Virus record (IMG/VR): IMGVR_UViG_3300044644_001874
Span: 1-55,381 of that record
DNA: 55,381 nucleotides
Direction: 5' to 3' (one strand)
Source: a virus
Lineage: Duplodnaviria; Caudoviricetes
The notes beneath the pieces are model-generated. The model searched no databases and was not told the DNA's origin. It saw nothing but the letters and a program-made list of their open reading frames with translations. Both the position numbers and the translations under genes were made by a program. Positions 18,401 through 28,079 of the stretch are shown here, in pieces (the first letter of the stretch is position 1; each line of letters starts with the position of its first letter).

Positions 18401-20303
18401 TTATTGGTACATCTTCAGAAGGAGTTCCGTCAGCCCCAAAAATTAATTCTAGCCCCTCAAAATAACTTTCAGGAAATGACACGTAAGATAGAACCCCCGA
18501 AGTTCCTCCTAAAACTGCTTCAGAATTTACTTTTGTCTCATTACATGAACAAGATTGACACTCAGGATAAGTAATCATTGGTAATCTAATAGTAAAATCC
18601 TTAGTTTCACACTTTAATCTTAAAGCGTTACAAATAAACGCAAATGGTCTAGTCCTAAGAATTCTAACACCGCACAAGAAACATAATGCCCGTATTACTG
18701 TCGTATAAATAAACAATATAAAGTGGGATACTACTAATAGTGCCACTCCAACAAACTGAAGAACTGTGAATATTATTGAAAACAAAAAAAACAATAAATC
18801 AAAGTTTTTGAATCCGTCATTTACAGGAAATTTGTTTATTGTACTATCACAGGTATCGTCATCAATTTCTTTAATCCCAATAAATCTTCCTCTACCTCCT
18901 TTTTTATATTGATCAATTAACGATGATACAGTGTATACCCTATTGAATTGAAACTCGTAAAATGTATCTTCACAATTTATGATTTCATCAAGTCTTTCAA
19001 TTTGTTCTGACCCGACAAATCCATCGGTATAACCACTCCACGCCAATCCAAAATAGTACGAACTTTGTTGTTTTCTTTTATTTATTTGATTAAAAAAATA
19101 AGTTGGGTCTGTATTTGAATTCTCCCATCCATATTCTTTAACATTAGGTAGTAAATAATGCGGTCGTCTACTTTGTATTGTTAAGTCAGTTGGTTGCGTC
19201 CATTTAACCTTAAACCTAAATTTTGATTTAGTGGGTATACCAATTGATTGGTCATTTGAAACAACTCTTTCTCCAAATTCATTGGTTATAACATAATCCA
19301 AATTCATCGGTAATTCTGTCAACCATGTTCCATCTCCATCAATAATGTTACCCGCTTGTTCCAATTCGAATACTTCCAAGACAGGATTACCATCTACATC
19401 CTGATCTGCGGTTTGTCTAATTGCTAATATTTGACCAGGTCCAGAAGTCAAATCACACAAATTACCCATATTATCTTTGGGTTTACAATTTTTTCTTAAC
19501 CTAAACTTGTCAGGAGTAGAAAAAACAGAACCCATAAAAACCGCAGTCGGTTGTATATCAACGTTAGCATCGTCTCTTAAATCGAAATCTAATCTGTTAA
19601 TTGATATATCACATATTTCAGGGTCACCCCACAAAGGAGAAATCTCAGCATTTTTAGTTAAATTAATAATCTGAGGTAAAGAATTCAAATCATTTGATGT
19701 TCGAAATCTGTTACCCGCAACTTGTGCTTCTGTGGCTAAACCGATTCTAATTAAATCTTGAGGTGTTAAAGAAAATTCCCCGATGTCAGAAAGGTCAACA
19801 TCCATGACTATCGTTCGTTCCCCCAACGGAACACCCATAATCATATAATCTCCACTATCATTAGTTTTTGTTGTAAACCTATAATATTTGTCGTAAATTT
19901 CTACGGCAGTACTTCCTGTTAGAACATCCGATTTTGTTGGTAATGTTCCAGTCGCAGCATGTTTTGAATAAGAAGGTGTATATGGTAATAGATTGTATCG
20001 ATACCCATCACTATTTTTGTCATTTGGTGATTTGTATGGATAGATACTTGTTATTAATGGATTTGATTCGTCAACCTGTTCAATAGGTATGAATATAGAA
20101 ACTCTAGCATTAGGTACCCCAAATCCATTATTTGCGGTGACCCTACCAACTAAAACACCATAATTAGCACAACTTCTTGTGTAGATATCTGTTTGTTGTA
20201 TTTTAAGAGATAAAATTTCTAAGAACTCAAATTCTTGGTCTAACTGTACATTAATTGATTTGTTAATACCAAGTTCGGTCCTAATTCTATATGAATCACC
20301 CAT
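15450..20303 (-). CDS. Large baseplate-associated protein (1617 aa) with an N-terminal transthyretin/carboxypeptidase-regulatory-like beta domain and two long hydrophobic segments
   Basis: GVLVGRVTANNGFGVPNARVSIF...TKTNDSGDYMIMGVP motif; hydrophobic stretches at about 18670-18805 and 17065-17240; directly follows the gp6-like gene. Confidence 0.6.
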   Translation of the reverse strand: MGDSYRIRTELGINKSINVQLDQEFEFLEILSLKIQQTDIYTRSCANYGVLVGRVTANNGFGVPNARVSIFIPIEQVDESNPLITSIYPYKSPNDKNSDGYRYNLLPYTPSYSKHAATGTLPTKSDVLTGSTAVEIYDKYYRFTTKTNDSGDYMIMGVPLGERTIVMDVDLSDIGEFSLTPQDLIRIGLATEAQVAGNRFRTSNDLNSLPQIINLTKNAEISPLWGDPEICDISINRLDFDLRDDANVDIQPTAVFMGSVFSTPDKFRLRKNCKPKDNMGNLCDLTSGPGQILAIRQTADQDVDGNPVLEVFELEQAGNIIDGDGTWLTELPMNLDYVITNEFGERVVSNDQSIGIPTKSKFRFKVKWTQPTDLTIQSRRPHYLLPNVKEYGWENSNTDPTYFFNQINKRKQQSSYYFGLAWSGYTDGFVGSEQIERLDEIINCEDTFYEFQFNRVYTVSSLIDQYKKGGRGRFIGIKEIDDDTCDSTINKFPVNDGFKNFDLLFFLFSIIFTVLQFVGVALLVVSHFILFIYTTVIRALCFLCGVRILRTRPFAFICNALRLKCETKDFTIRLPMITYPECQSCSCNETKVNSEAVLGGTSGVLSYVSFPESYFEGLELIFGADGTPSEDVPIKSSIFAQAIAGNNDSVSDLDIFKTPKSSVVRFLSDESDEDKHFAFSESLTVGERINIFNTRKSYFDNLNKIKVTFAQSSNFGKFHFDNTITVLSNQFYDSGQLLTSVNPATTTDKNFLYTAQTENGVVNGVTGTTIQAATSVNVDYAVTQTSDQTVLYSLPTGSTITRQSYPQDREYYQVVTAITVSDAIKIWNLGELETFPNVLAAPSRLILAKKRLRGYRRNDKDFLISPLNAFSDIENQYILILQRGVDPYSPKYTNEYRLGRIFGKNIDDPGLTITAQTRLNIPIQKLTQTNISVQPFTQNGMFYPSYFFEAGNDFSGFTTSTVGYYGSLDATSNNNRLSPKNIGGVTTMVSKTNNDFYSSNQNSAKYDEAEDVSGASYIFSNITAFSLDPLSVVVLGASAGVGATLLPFVALAPFFPIITILLIGAAVAAVFAAIFAVNFNYNDVRYQYFTPNGYPRLLANPMPISSKNNNVMRTDRLPSSDVLNGSSWETNPALLQQNNNFIFYSIPDLDQPLDLASYTTGAEIPTEDLDGLPNNLTVFSTFSCENMVGLDCYEGFGDNFKINQECTTKDNVYKGCYLFLRRPLADLGKDLSNFNEWAYRFRFFYGLCRGVLAQSFMNNWVNGTLYMFPIQVDTFYNKQNKVGKVEYCKDVVYFNTDSNNFYYRSSPYNEITNTFVGKRTNNDGRVNELNLLFPTTLVNMGMKDIFYSEITFDPTTKGYIIPNINPTSYGDTSDLVNLFVVSRITDENFLEQLIPLGDNGINQLFSRPELRIDGDLAQLMSINSEIGNINFSPEYYDVLTGATNQPTQILGTAKNPTIAVWFSSTTEDLQTKDYLTPGRINFRGTDDIGYYPYPYGIKSQVVPFYQWKLNNTKLIFGDQFNTWATSQSDIVQNVRYQSLDRYASDTPYFYSDNSESNDLNARGYIFNVDGTVGDGQYKSTGALKQKFVVGAPYQFYFGTIVGETALDKFKTKYSVDE

Positions 20304-20401
20304 GTAATATCTTTAATTTATAAATAGTTTATGTGTAATTTTTAAGAAACAAATAGACACACATTGTAAATTATAAACCAAAGCTTAGGATAATAAACCT
20401 A

Positions 20402-22240
20402 TTAAGAGAATGTTGTGGATTGGAAGTTTACTACTGAAACTTTAATATCCTTATTTGGATATCTTATTTGATAAACTTGTGAAGGCTGAGCAAAAATAGT
20501 GTCGGCAACAGGAGCAATTTGTCTCGTTTCAGGATCAGAATATTGCATAGATGTTTCAGCCGAAGAATATTGTCCACCCACATTATTGAATACCTTAATT
20601 CCTGCTACTGTAAGTACACCATTTTGGTTCTGTACAATACTTTGTATCTCAGACAAATAAACATTCTGTCCTAATTCCCTCACTTGTGGATTAAAGTAAG
20701 TCGAAATTCTGTCTACAACATCAGCAATAACTTGTCCTGAATTCTGTGCCGAAGTTAATACAACTGATACCTCAACACTAAGATCAATTACTTCAGCAGT
20801 CAAAATGGAAATATAGTCATTAATCATTCTATAATTAGAAAGATAGGTTGCAACATTTTGTCTCAAGGTGTTCGATACAATATTAGTTAATTTACCAGAG
20901 GTATCGTAAGACAACAATTGAATTAAAATTTTATTATCGTTTTCTGTAACTGAAACTTTTGCAGGTGCTCCAAATTCTGAAGGCATATTCCTGATGATAG
21001 ATTCGTAGTCTTGAACTGTCACCGCTCTCTTCTGTGCGGAAAAGTTGAATGATACATAATTTCTAATTTCTTCCAAAGATGGTAACCCTGCTCCACCAAT
21101 TGCAGCAGTAACGTTGTTACATCTCAAAGAATTAACTACCGATGAGTTTGTTAGTTCTGATGGACCATTAACAAAGAAAGATACAGTACCAATCTGAGTG
21201 ATAACATTTGTTCCCAAGTTAGTACCTAAACCACCCCCAACTCTATATTGAACAAACAGAGTTGAATTCGGAGTTAAAGCCGAACCCAAAGATAAATTGT
21301 TTGAATATCTTTGTAGGTCTATCGTTGCCCCTAATGTTGTAAATTGATTTAACGCATCTTGTGCCGTATTGGTTCCTCCACCAAAAGTTAATTTCTTAAA
21401 CCCTTCAGGAGTGTATTCACTAATGAATCTATTTTGTGTTTGAATATATCTACCAACTTTAATTCCTGGTTGGTCGGAAACTTTTGTAGGGTCTTCAATA
21501 AAAACTCTATCTTCGGCAAGGGCATCTACTTCATACCATTTGTTAGGAACTCCTAAGAATTCCGCCGCTGTAGGTATGTTTGTATATTCAGTACCACTTT
21601 TAAGTAATACACTTGTGATTCCTAATACATTTTTTTCAGGTAAGAATAATTCAAAAAATGGCTTAACATCGTTTGGAGTAATAACCCTTTTGAAAACTTT
21701 AGTAATACCATTAACAACTAATTCTCTCTTGGTAATAGTATAATTAACCAAAACATTATTGGCATTGAAGTTAGGTATTTTTAATCTGTTGGGAAACCCT
21801 TGGGCATTATATGGTGATGTAAAATCAACGTCATATATGTTTTCAAATATTATACCAGCACCTGACACTTGAGACCCTCTCGCTAAAGTTCCAAGATATC
21901 TCTCATCTTCTTTATCTCCAAAGGCAGGTACGGTAATTGAAAAATCTACTAAAGATACTGATGGTCTTTGTCCAGGAAGTTTTAATCCATAAGTTCTCGC
22001 AATATTATATATTGAAGATCTTTGTTGCGCATATTGAAGTACTGTTTCTTGAATACTTCTATCTATGTGATAATGTAAGTTATCAGCAACCGCAGCATTC
22101 AAGTCCAAAAATACCGAGAATACAGATGCGTCATTAAAATCCTGAATCAATTCAGGATAGTATGTTCTTACATAGTTTAATAACTCAGTTCTTATCCCCT
22201 GATAATCTCTAGTTGTATATGAAATTTTACGATTTGCCAT
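20402..22240 (-). CDS. Baseplate wedge subunit (T4 gp6 / baseplate J-like)
   Basis: SYTTRDYQGIRTELLNY, DFNDASVFSVFLDLNA, AQQRSSIYNIARTYG, YRVGGG and RAVTVQDYE motifs. Confidence 0.9.
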   Translation of the reverse strand: MANRKISYTTRDYQGIRTELLNYVRTYYPELIQDFNDASVFSVFLDLNAAVADNLHYHIDRSIQETVLQYAQQRSSIYNIARTYGLKLPGQRPSVSLVDFSITVPAFGDKEDERYLGTLARGSQVSGAGIIFENIYDVDFTSPYNAQGFPNRLKIPNFNANNVLVNYTITKRELVVNGITKVFKRVITPNDVKPFFELFLPEKNVLGITSVLLKSGTEYTNIPTAAEFLGVPNKWYEVDALAEDRVFIEDPTKVSDQPGIKVGRYIQTQNRFISEYTPEGFKKLTFGGGTNTAQDALNQFTTLGATIDLQRYSNNLSLGSALTPNSTLFVQYRVGGGLGTNLGTNVITQIGTVSFFVNGPSELTNSSVVNSLRCNNVTAAIGGAGLPSLEEIRNYVSFNFSAQKRAVTVQDYESIIRNMPSEFGAPAKVSVTENDNKILIQLLSYDTSGKLTNIVSNTLRQNVATYLSNYRMINDYISILTAEVIDLSVEVSVVLTSAQNSGQVIADVVDRISTYFNPQVRELGQNVYLSEIQSIVQNQNGVLTVAGIKVFNNVGGQYSSAETSMQYSDPETRQIAPVADTIFAQPSQVYQIRYPNKDIKVSVVNFQSTTFS

Positions 22241-22245
22241 CTATA

Positions 22246-22716
22246 TTAAATATTAATAATAACAAAATCACTTTGAGCAAAAGTCGATCTGTTGTTCGAG
22301 TAATCTATTCTAATTTTAGCGGTATATTCCGAAGTTCCTTTTCCAGGTAATCTATAAATTGGAGACTCGCTTGTTCCAAGTGTATTTTCACCTAACATGG
22401 TATCAACTTCTTCCATTGGGTCAGCAGGTGTGATTGATATTTGATTCAATAACAGGTTTGGCATATAAACTTGAACAGCATCTCTTATATCTGATTGTAT
22501 TGCATCAAAAGTTAAACCATCAAATGGCTCAAATAAAAATTCATACAGTCTTGTTCCAAAATCAGGTAAAAAATACCTACTACCTTTTCTAGTTAAAAGA
22601 AGGTGAATTAAGTCAGATTTAATTTGCTGAGATTCTAATTGGGTAAGTTCTAAAAAATCACCCCGTCTCGAATCTCTGAAAGGAAAGTTTATTCCATATG
22701 TTACTCCGTTCGCCAT
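22246..22716 (-). CDS. Baseplate wedge / sheath initiator (T4 gp25 / GPW-like)
   Basis: GINFPF...IKSDLIHLLLTRKGSRYFLPDFGTRLYEFLFEP; start reassigned to the ATG at 22716 (MANGVTYG). Confidence 0.9.
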   Translation of the reverse strand: MANGVTYGINFPFRDSRRGDFLELTQLESQQIKSDLIHLLLTRKGSRYFLPDFGTRLYEFLFEPFDGLTFDAIQSDIRDAVQVYMPNLLLNQISITPADPMEEVDTMLGENTLGTSESPIYRLPGKGTSEYTAKIRIDYSNNRSTFAQSDFVIINI

Positions 22717-22767
22717 AAAGATAAATATAAGACCCTTGTTTTTCCTTATAAATAGCCACAAATAAAA

Positions 22768-22789
22768 AATCCCGATATATATCGGGATT
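22768..22789 (-). terminator. Intrinsic terminator after nrdA
   Basis: Perfect palindrome aatcccgatatatatcgggatt followed by a T-run on the minus strand. Confidence 0.75.
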
Positions 22790-22799
22790 AATTATTTAA

Positions 22800-25226
22800 T
22801 TAGGAAGAACAACCGAAACATTCAATTTCAATTCCTTCTGGTTTTGGTGGTAAATTCATACTACTATAATCAACTTTAGGAACTTCAACATTTGGTTTTG
22901 GTTTTTGTGCCTTTGACATATCCAACGCTAAGTGTTTAGCCCCTGTTGAAATTGCCTTAGTCCTTACATAATAACACAATGTTTTCAAACCTTTTTCCCA
23001 CGAGTGAAAGTGAGATGATGTAATTTTAGACAACGTAGGGTTCGACATATATATGTTCATAGACTGAGACTGATCAATGAATGGTGCTCTATCTGCCGCC
23101 ATATTAATCAAATCTCTCTGAGAAATCTCCCAAATTGTTTTATACTTAGGAATTAAATGCTCAATTCTCTTAACCTTTTTGTTATAGTTTTTGTCTTCAG
23201 GGTCAAGGTATTGATTGAAGTTAATGTTTTGAATTGAACCTTCATTCATAATAATTTCATTCTTCAAATCTTCGGACCAAATACCAATTTTTTCAAAGTC
23301 ATTAATCAAGTACTTGTTCACAATCATAATCTCCCCACCAACAACTCTTCTATTAAACAATGCGGAATGTGCTGGTTCGGTCATCTCAAATGAACCAGTA
23401 ATTTTTGCTGAAGACGCGACTGGCATCTGAGCAGTGAATAAGGAGTTACAAACACCAAATTCTTGTACGTCTTTTTTCAACGTTTCCCAATCCAAGAATA
23501 ATTCAGAGTCATTCAACCCCCACATATCAAATTGGAAAATCCCTTTCGACATTGGAGAACCTTTGAAGAATTCGTAAGGGTGTCTAATTCCTTTCTTACA
23601 CAAATCATTACTTTCAGTGATTGCCGCATAATAAATTGCCTCAAAAATATTCTTATTCAAAGTTTTAGCTTCATCTGAAGTGAATACATAGTCCAATAAA
23701 CAGAATACGTCAGCTAAACCTTGTACCCCAATACCAATCGCTCTTTGTTCTAAACCTCCTTTAAGACCTTTTTCAGTTGAATAATTATTCTTGTCGATAA
23801 CATTGTTCAACGCTCTAACCGCCTTTCTAACTTCTTCAATCAATAGTTTGTAATCAAACTTACCATCAACAATAAAGTTTTTAAGTACGATTGATGATAG
23901 TGTACAAATCGCAGTTGTATTCTCATCAGTATACTGATAGATTTCATTACATAGGTTAGATTGTTTAATCACACCAATGTTTTGATGATTTGTTTTTTTG
24001 TTCGCACTATCTTTAGCACATAAGTAAGGTACACCAGTTTCAACTTGAGATTCAATGACTTTACTCCAAATCTCTTGTGCTTTTACTTTTCGACCGATTC
24101 CTGCTTTTACCGCCAACTGATAGTTTCTTTCATATTCATCACCGAAACATTCCTGTAATGGTTTAATACCCGCTTTGATAATATCATTCGGACAGAACAA
24201 ATACCAATCTTCATTGTTTTTAACTGCTCTCATGAAGTTATCAGGAATCCAAAGTGCGGTAAATAAATCTCTCGCTCTTAATTCTTCAGCACCTGTATTC
24301 TTTTTGATATCCAATAAATCAAAAATATCTTTGTGCCATGGTTCCAAGTATATCGCAGCACTACCAGGTCTTCTTCCTTGTTGGTTAAAGAATCTCAATG
24401 ATTCGTTTACAATCTTAAGATATTTTAACAATCCACCAGCAAAACCACCAGATGATTTGATTCTACTTTCTTTACTTCTGATGTTTGACATAGACAATCC
24501 AATACCCGCAGCATCTGAAGAATAGGTTGAGATGTCATTCAAGGTTTTTAGTAATCCTTCTCTTGAATCTGAATTATTATAATGTAACACACAAGACGCT
24601 AACTGAGGAACTTTGGTTCCTGAGTTAATCATAATTGGTGTTGCCTTAGAAATTCTCTGACTTGATAATGAATGATAATATTCTACCGCTTCTTCGAATG
24701 AATTAGTTACCCATAGAGCAACTCTCATATACATATGTTGTGGTCTTTCGATTACTTTACCCTGAGGAGTTTTCAACAAGTACATTTCTTGTAGTGATCT
24801 CCATCCAAAGTAATCAAAATTGTAATCATTCTCATGATTGATTACCTCATCAATCTTAGACGGACCATACTTTTCAATCACCTCCATTAGGTCATCATGA
24901 ACTACACCATCAACATGAAGGGTGTGCATTACATTTGAAAAACTTGGATCGGTATCTTTATGATACGATGAAATCGCAACTGAAGCCGCAAGTCTAGAAT
25001 AATCATAATGACTACCAGTATATGCCGCAGCGATTTCATAAACAAGTTTATCTAACTCTTTTGTGGTTATATTACCTTCAGTTGGTACTGATGTAATAAC
25101 TTTAATGAATATTTCATCAGAGTTAACAGTCAAACCCTTAGCAGCTCGTTTAATTCTATTATAAATTTTTTGTGGATTGAAGGCAACATCCTCCCCTCCT
25201 CTTTTTTTAATTTTTAATGACATCAT
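22800..25226 (-). CDS. nrdA: Ribonucleotide reductase class Ia alpha subunit with ATP cone
   Basis: IKKRGG ATP cone, ERPQHMYMRVA, QLASC, QSNLCNEI (N/C/E catalytic triad), GLKTLCYY and C-terminal CFGC. Confidence 0.97.
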   Translation of the reverse strand: MMSLKIKKRGGEDVAFNPQKIYNRIKRAAKGLTVNSDEIFIKVITSVPTEGNITTKELDKLVYEIAAAYTGSHYDYSRLAASVAISSYHKDTDPSFSNVMHTLHVDGVVHDDLMEVIEKYGPSKIDEVINHENDYNFDYFGWRSLQEMYLLKTPQGKVIERPQHMYMRVALWVTNSFEEAVEYYHSLSSQRISKATPIMINSGTKVPQLASCVLHYNNSDSREGLLKTLNDISTYSSDAAGIGLSMSNIRSKESRIKSSGGFAGGLLKYLKIVNESLRFFNQQGRRPGSAAIYLEPWHKDIFDLLDIKKNTGAEELRARDLFTALWIPDNFMRAVKNNEDWYLFCPNDIIKAGIKPLQECFGDEYERNYQLAVKAGIGRKVKAQEIWSKVIESQVETGVPYLCAKDSANKKTNHQNIGVIKQSNLCNEIYQYTDENTTAICTLSSIVLKNFIVDGKFDYKLLIEEVRKAVRALNNVIDKNNYSTEKGLKGGLEQRAIGIGVQGLADVFCLLDYVFTSDEAKTLNKNIFEAIYYAAITESNDLCKKGIRHPYEFFKGSPMSKGIFQFDMWGLNDSELFLDWETLKKDVQEFGVCNSLFTAQMPVASSAKITGSFEMTEPAHSALFNRRVVGGEIMIVNKYLINDFEKIGIWSEDLKNEIIMNEGSIQNINFNQYLDPEDKNYNKKVKRIEHLIPKYKTIWEISQRDLINMAADRAPFIDQSQSMNIYMSNPTLSKITSSHFHSWEKGLKTLCYYVRTKAISTGAKHLALDMSKAQKPKPNVEVPKVDYSSMNLPPKPEGIEIECFGCSS

Positions 25227-25244
25227 AGATATAAAAGTATTAAA

Positions 25245-26192
25245 TTAAAAATCAGAATCAAATGATAACTCTTCGTTTAGTTTAGCTTTTTGGTATTCCA
25301 TTGTTCTTGACTCAAAGAAGTTACCCTTTGTTTCAACTGCAATTTGTTCCATAAACTTGAATGGTTGTTCAACATTGAATTCTTTTTTACATCCAAACTT
25401 AACCAACAATCCATCAGTAACGAATTCCAAATATTGTTTCATAAGATTGGAGTTCATACCAATAAGTGAAACAGGTAATGATTCAGTGATGAATTCTTTT
25501 TCAATCTCCAATGCAGACAATAGAATTTCTTTGATTCTTTTTTCTGATGGTTTAGTCTCCAAGTGATTATTAACCAAGTGAATTGCAAAGTCACAGTGAA
25601 GATTCTCGTCTTTGAAAATCAAACTATTTGCATTACACAAACCTTGCATAATACCTCTCGACTTCAACCAGAAAATTGAACAGAAAGACCCTGAAAAGAA
25701 GATACCTTCAACCGCAGCGAATGCCACAAGTCTCTCTTGGAAGGATGCGTTTTCAATCCAATCAAGAGCCCACTTAGCCTTCTTTTGAACTGCAGGTAGA
25801 TTATCTAATGCTGTAAAACAAAGTTGTTTTTCTTTTTCGTTTGAGATATATGTATCGATGAGTAATGAATACATCAAGCTATGAATGTTTTCCATCATCA
25901 ACTGAAATCCATAGAAAAATTTAGCCTCAGGATATTGTACTTCCTTTAAGAAATTTTCTGCAAGATTTTCATTAACAATACCATCAGAAGCTGCGAAGAA
26001 TGATAAAATATTTTTAACGAAATATTGTTCATTTTCAGTAAGATTATTCCAATCTCTAATATCGTTAGTCAAATCTACCTCTTCAGCAGTCCAAAATGCT
26101 GCTTGATGTTGTTTGTAAAATTCCCAAATATCATTGTGCTCAATGGGGAATATAACGAATCTGTTGGGATTCTCTATTAAAATTTTTTCCAT
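25245..26192 (-). CDS. nrdB: Ribonucleotide reductase class Ia beta subunit
   Basis: [30 protein letters not shown] (radical Tyr), [14 protein letters not shown] and C-terminal FDSDF. Confidence 0.97.
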   Translation of the reverse strand: MEKILIENPNRFVIFPIEHNDIWEFYKQHQAAFWTAEEVDLTNDIRDWNNLTENEQYFVKNILSFFAASDGIVNENLAENFLKEVQYPEAKFFYGFQLMMENIHSLMYSLLIDTYISNEKEKQLCFTALDNLPAVQKKAKWALDWIENASFQERLVAFAAVEGIFFSGSFCSIFWLKSRGIMQGLCNANSLIFKDENLHCDFAIHLVNNHLETKPSEKRIKEILLSALEIEKEFITESLPVSLIGMNSNLMKQYLEFVTDGLLVKFGCKKEFNVEQPFKFMEQIAVETKGNFFESRTMEYQKAKLNEELSFDSDF

Positions 26193-26207
26193 AATTAATT
26201 GTGTGTT

Positions 26208-27584
26208 TTATAATTGTTGTTGTTCCTTTTGTTTTCTCTTCTCCATCAATTCTTTGACTCTGTCTCTCTTCTTCTCTTCTTGTTGTTCCTCAAATCCTAA
26301 GAACGTCACCGAACTTTCAGTATCAATTTCAAGAAGTTCATTGTTGAATTTACAGTTCTCGAATACAACCCCATCCTTTCCAAGACGAGACTTTGTTATC
26401 GCGATTGTCGCCAAATTCATTTCTTTCTGTTGAAGTGTCTTTGCCACCGTGATGATGACGTGTCCAACTTGGGCCTTTTTGATTGACCCTCCCATTTGGT
26501 CAGTGGTTACCACCTCTGAAGAAATAGAACTTCTATTCCCTTGAGTTGCAGTCCAACCAACCAAGTTGAGTTCGTGGCACATTGCCTCAAACCCTCTCAT
26601 TACCGAACCTTCAGCTTTCCACTCATCCTTTGATGATGACTCAGGTAATACACAGTCGATATAATCTAACATAATCATATCAATTTTGTTTCCATCCGCA
26701 ATCATTTTTCTAACCTGATTTTTAAGTTGGTTCATTGTCATAGTATCAGATGCCAACTTCTTCAATACAAGTTTGTTTTTCATTGTCTCTTGTATTTCAG
26801 TAATCTTAGACATCACATCTTCTCTATGTTTTGCCAACTCATCAGGTGGAATACCTGTCCATATTGTGAAGTGTTTCCTTTGGACAATTTTAGGATTGTC
26901 TTCGAAGAATACCTGAAGGACATTGTATCCCAAGTTGAATGCGGTATTCGCAATCTTGGTCAAGATAGTTGTCTTACCAACACCAGTTGGAGCAAGGATT
27001 ACACCTATCTCTCCCTTCGCTAAACCACCCTTAAGTAGTTTATCAATACCTGGTATACCCATAGGTATTGGATGTCTATAGTCTTCATCCAAAACGGTTT
27101 CAAGTCCATAGAAAATATCCGTCTGTCCTTTGTCTATCTCCCCTACTTGTAGTGCCTCTCTAACTAACCCCTCCACTTTATCGTAAGATTCAAAATCTCC
27201 TTGAGTGATAATTTTTTGTGCCTTATCCATAGCCTTTTGAAGTTCCTGTTGTTTACAGAATTTCAAAGCCTTTTCTTGGACAAATTGTGTTCCTTCGAAT
27301 GGTGCTTCCTTTACTTGTTTTAGTGTATCCAAAACAATTTTAGCAACCAATTCTTGAGAAACTTCAGACTTGATAATTTGTTCGAGAGTTTCGAAGTTAG
27401 GGGTTGATTCATACTTCACATAGTACTCCTTAATCATTTGTAAAATGATTTTGAAATACTTGTTATCAAAGTATGTTGACTCGATGACATCAAGAATAGA
27501 TGATGAAAAATCTTTATCTACCACAATCTGATTCAATAACTGAATCTGGAAAGTGTTCCCTAAGTAATCGAAATTTTTGTTCAT
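26208..27584 (-). CDS. dnaB: Replicative DNA helicase (DnaB / T4 gp41-like)
   Basis: GIPGIDKLLKGGL, Walker A APTGVGKT, Walker B IMLDYID, WTATQGNR and KSR arginine finger. Confidence 0.93.
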   Translation of the reverse strand: MNKNFDYLGNTFQIQLLNQIVVDKDFSSSILDVIESTYFDNKYFKIILQMIKEYYVKYESTPNFETLEQIIKSEVSQELVAKIVLDTLKQVKEAPFEGTQFVQEKALKFCKQQELQKAMDKAQKIITQGDFESYDKVEGLVREALQVGEIDKGQTDIFYGLETVLDEDYRHPIPMGIPGIDKLLKGGLAKGEIGVILAPTGVGKTTILTKIANTAFNLGYNVLQVFFEDNPKIVQRKHFTIWTGIPPDELAKHREDVMSKITEIQETMKNKLVLKKLASDTMTMNQLKNQVRKMIADGNKIDMIMLDYIDCVLPESSSKDEWKAEGSVMRGFEAMCHELNLVGWTATQGNRSSISSEVVTTDQMGGSIKKAQVGHVIITVAKTLQQKEMNLATIAITKSRLGKDGVVFENCKFNNELLEIDTESSVTFLGFEEQQEEKKRDRVKELMEKRKQKEQQQL

Positions 27585-27619
27585 ATATTTGTATTGCTCC
27601 CCTGTGTATTATTAAATAC

Positions 27620-28072
27620 TCACTTACTCAAATCAAAATCCAAATATTGATAAGATAATCTCTGTTCTGAAAAAATGTCAGTCAATTCTCTGAGAATGTC
27701 TTTCAAAAATGGTCGTACGTCAACGGTATAACGAACCTTGGGTGGAAAATATTTTCCATCAAAAATTCTATGACAAATTGTCGTGTCCCCATTCTTAACA
27801 AAGATGTTAAAGATTTCTGGTCCATCAGTATAAGAGGTGTCCATAACTGATGGGTCATGCATGATAGATTCACTATTGTCCGTCATGTAAATCACAGTCT
27901 TCATTTTCAAATGATACTGTAAGTCATCCTTGATTTCATTAATCAAGTTATAGAATTCAATTGAGTTTTTTGCGTTAGGATTATAACCTCTAACATTGAA
28001 ATACCTTTGAACTACAATGTTGTCGTTAAGGGTTAGAAGGAATTCCATTTTAGTACTGTCTTGCTCTTTCAT
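27620..28072 (-). CDS. Hypothetical protein in the replication block (150 aa)
   Basis: Intact ORF between the exonuclease and the helicase; no motif recognised. Confidence 0.7.
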   Translation of the reverse strand: MKEQDSTKMEFLLTLNDNIVVQRYFNVRGYNPNAKNSIEFYNLINEIKDDLQYHLKMKTVIYMTDNSESIMHDPSVMDTSYTDGPEIFNIFVKNGDTTICHRIFDGKYFPPKVRYTVDVRPFLKDILRELTDIFSEQRLSYQYLDFDLSK

Positions 28073-28079
28073 AAAGTTT

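Noticed and set aside
22800-26192. Eukaryotic or giant-virus origin suggested by the RNR, SNF2 and HNH genes
   Set aside because: The contractile tail genes, operon coupling and Bacteroidota-type promoter point to a bacteriophage.
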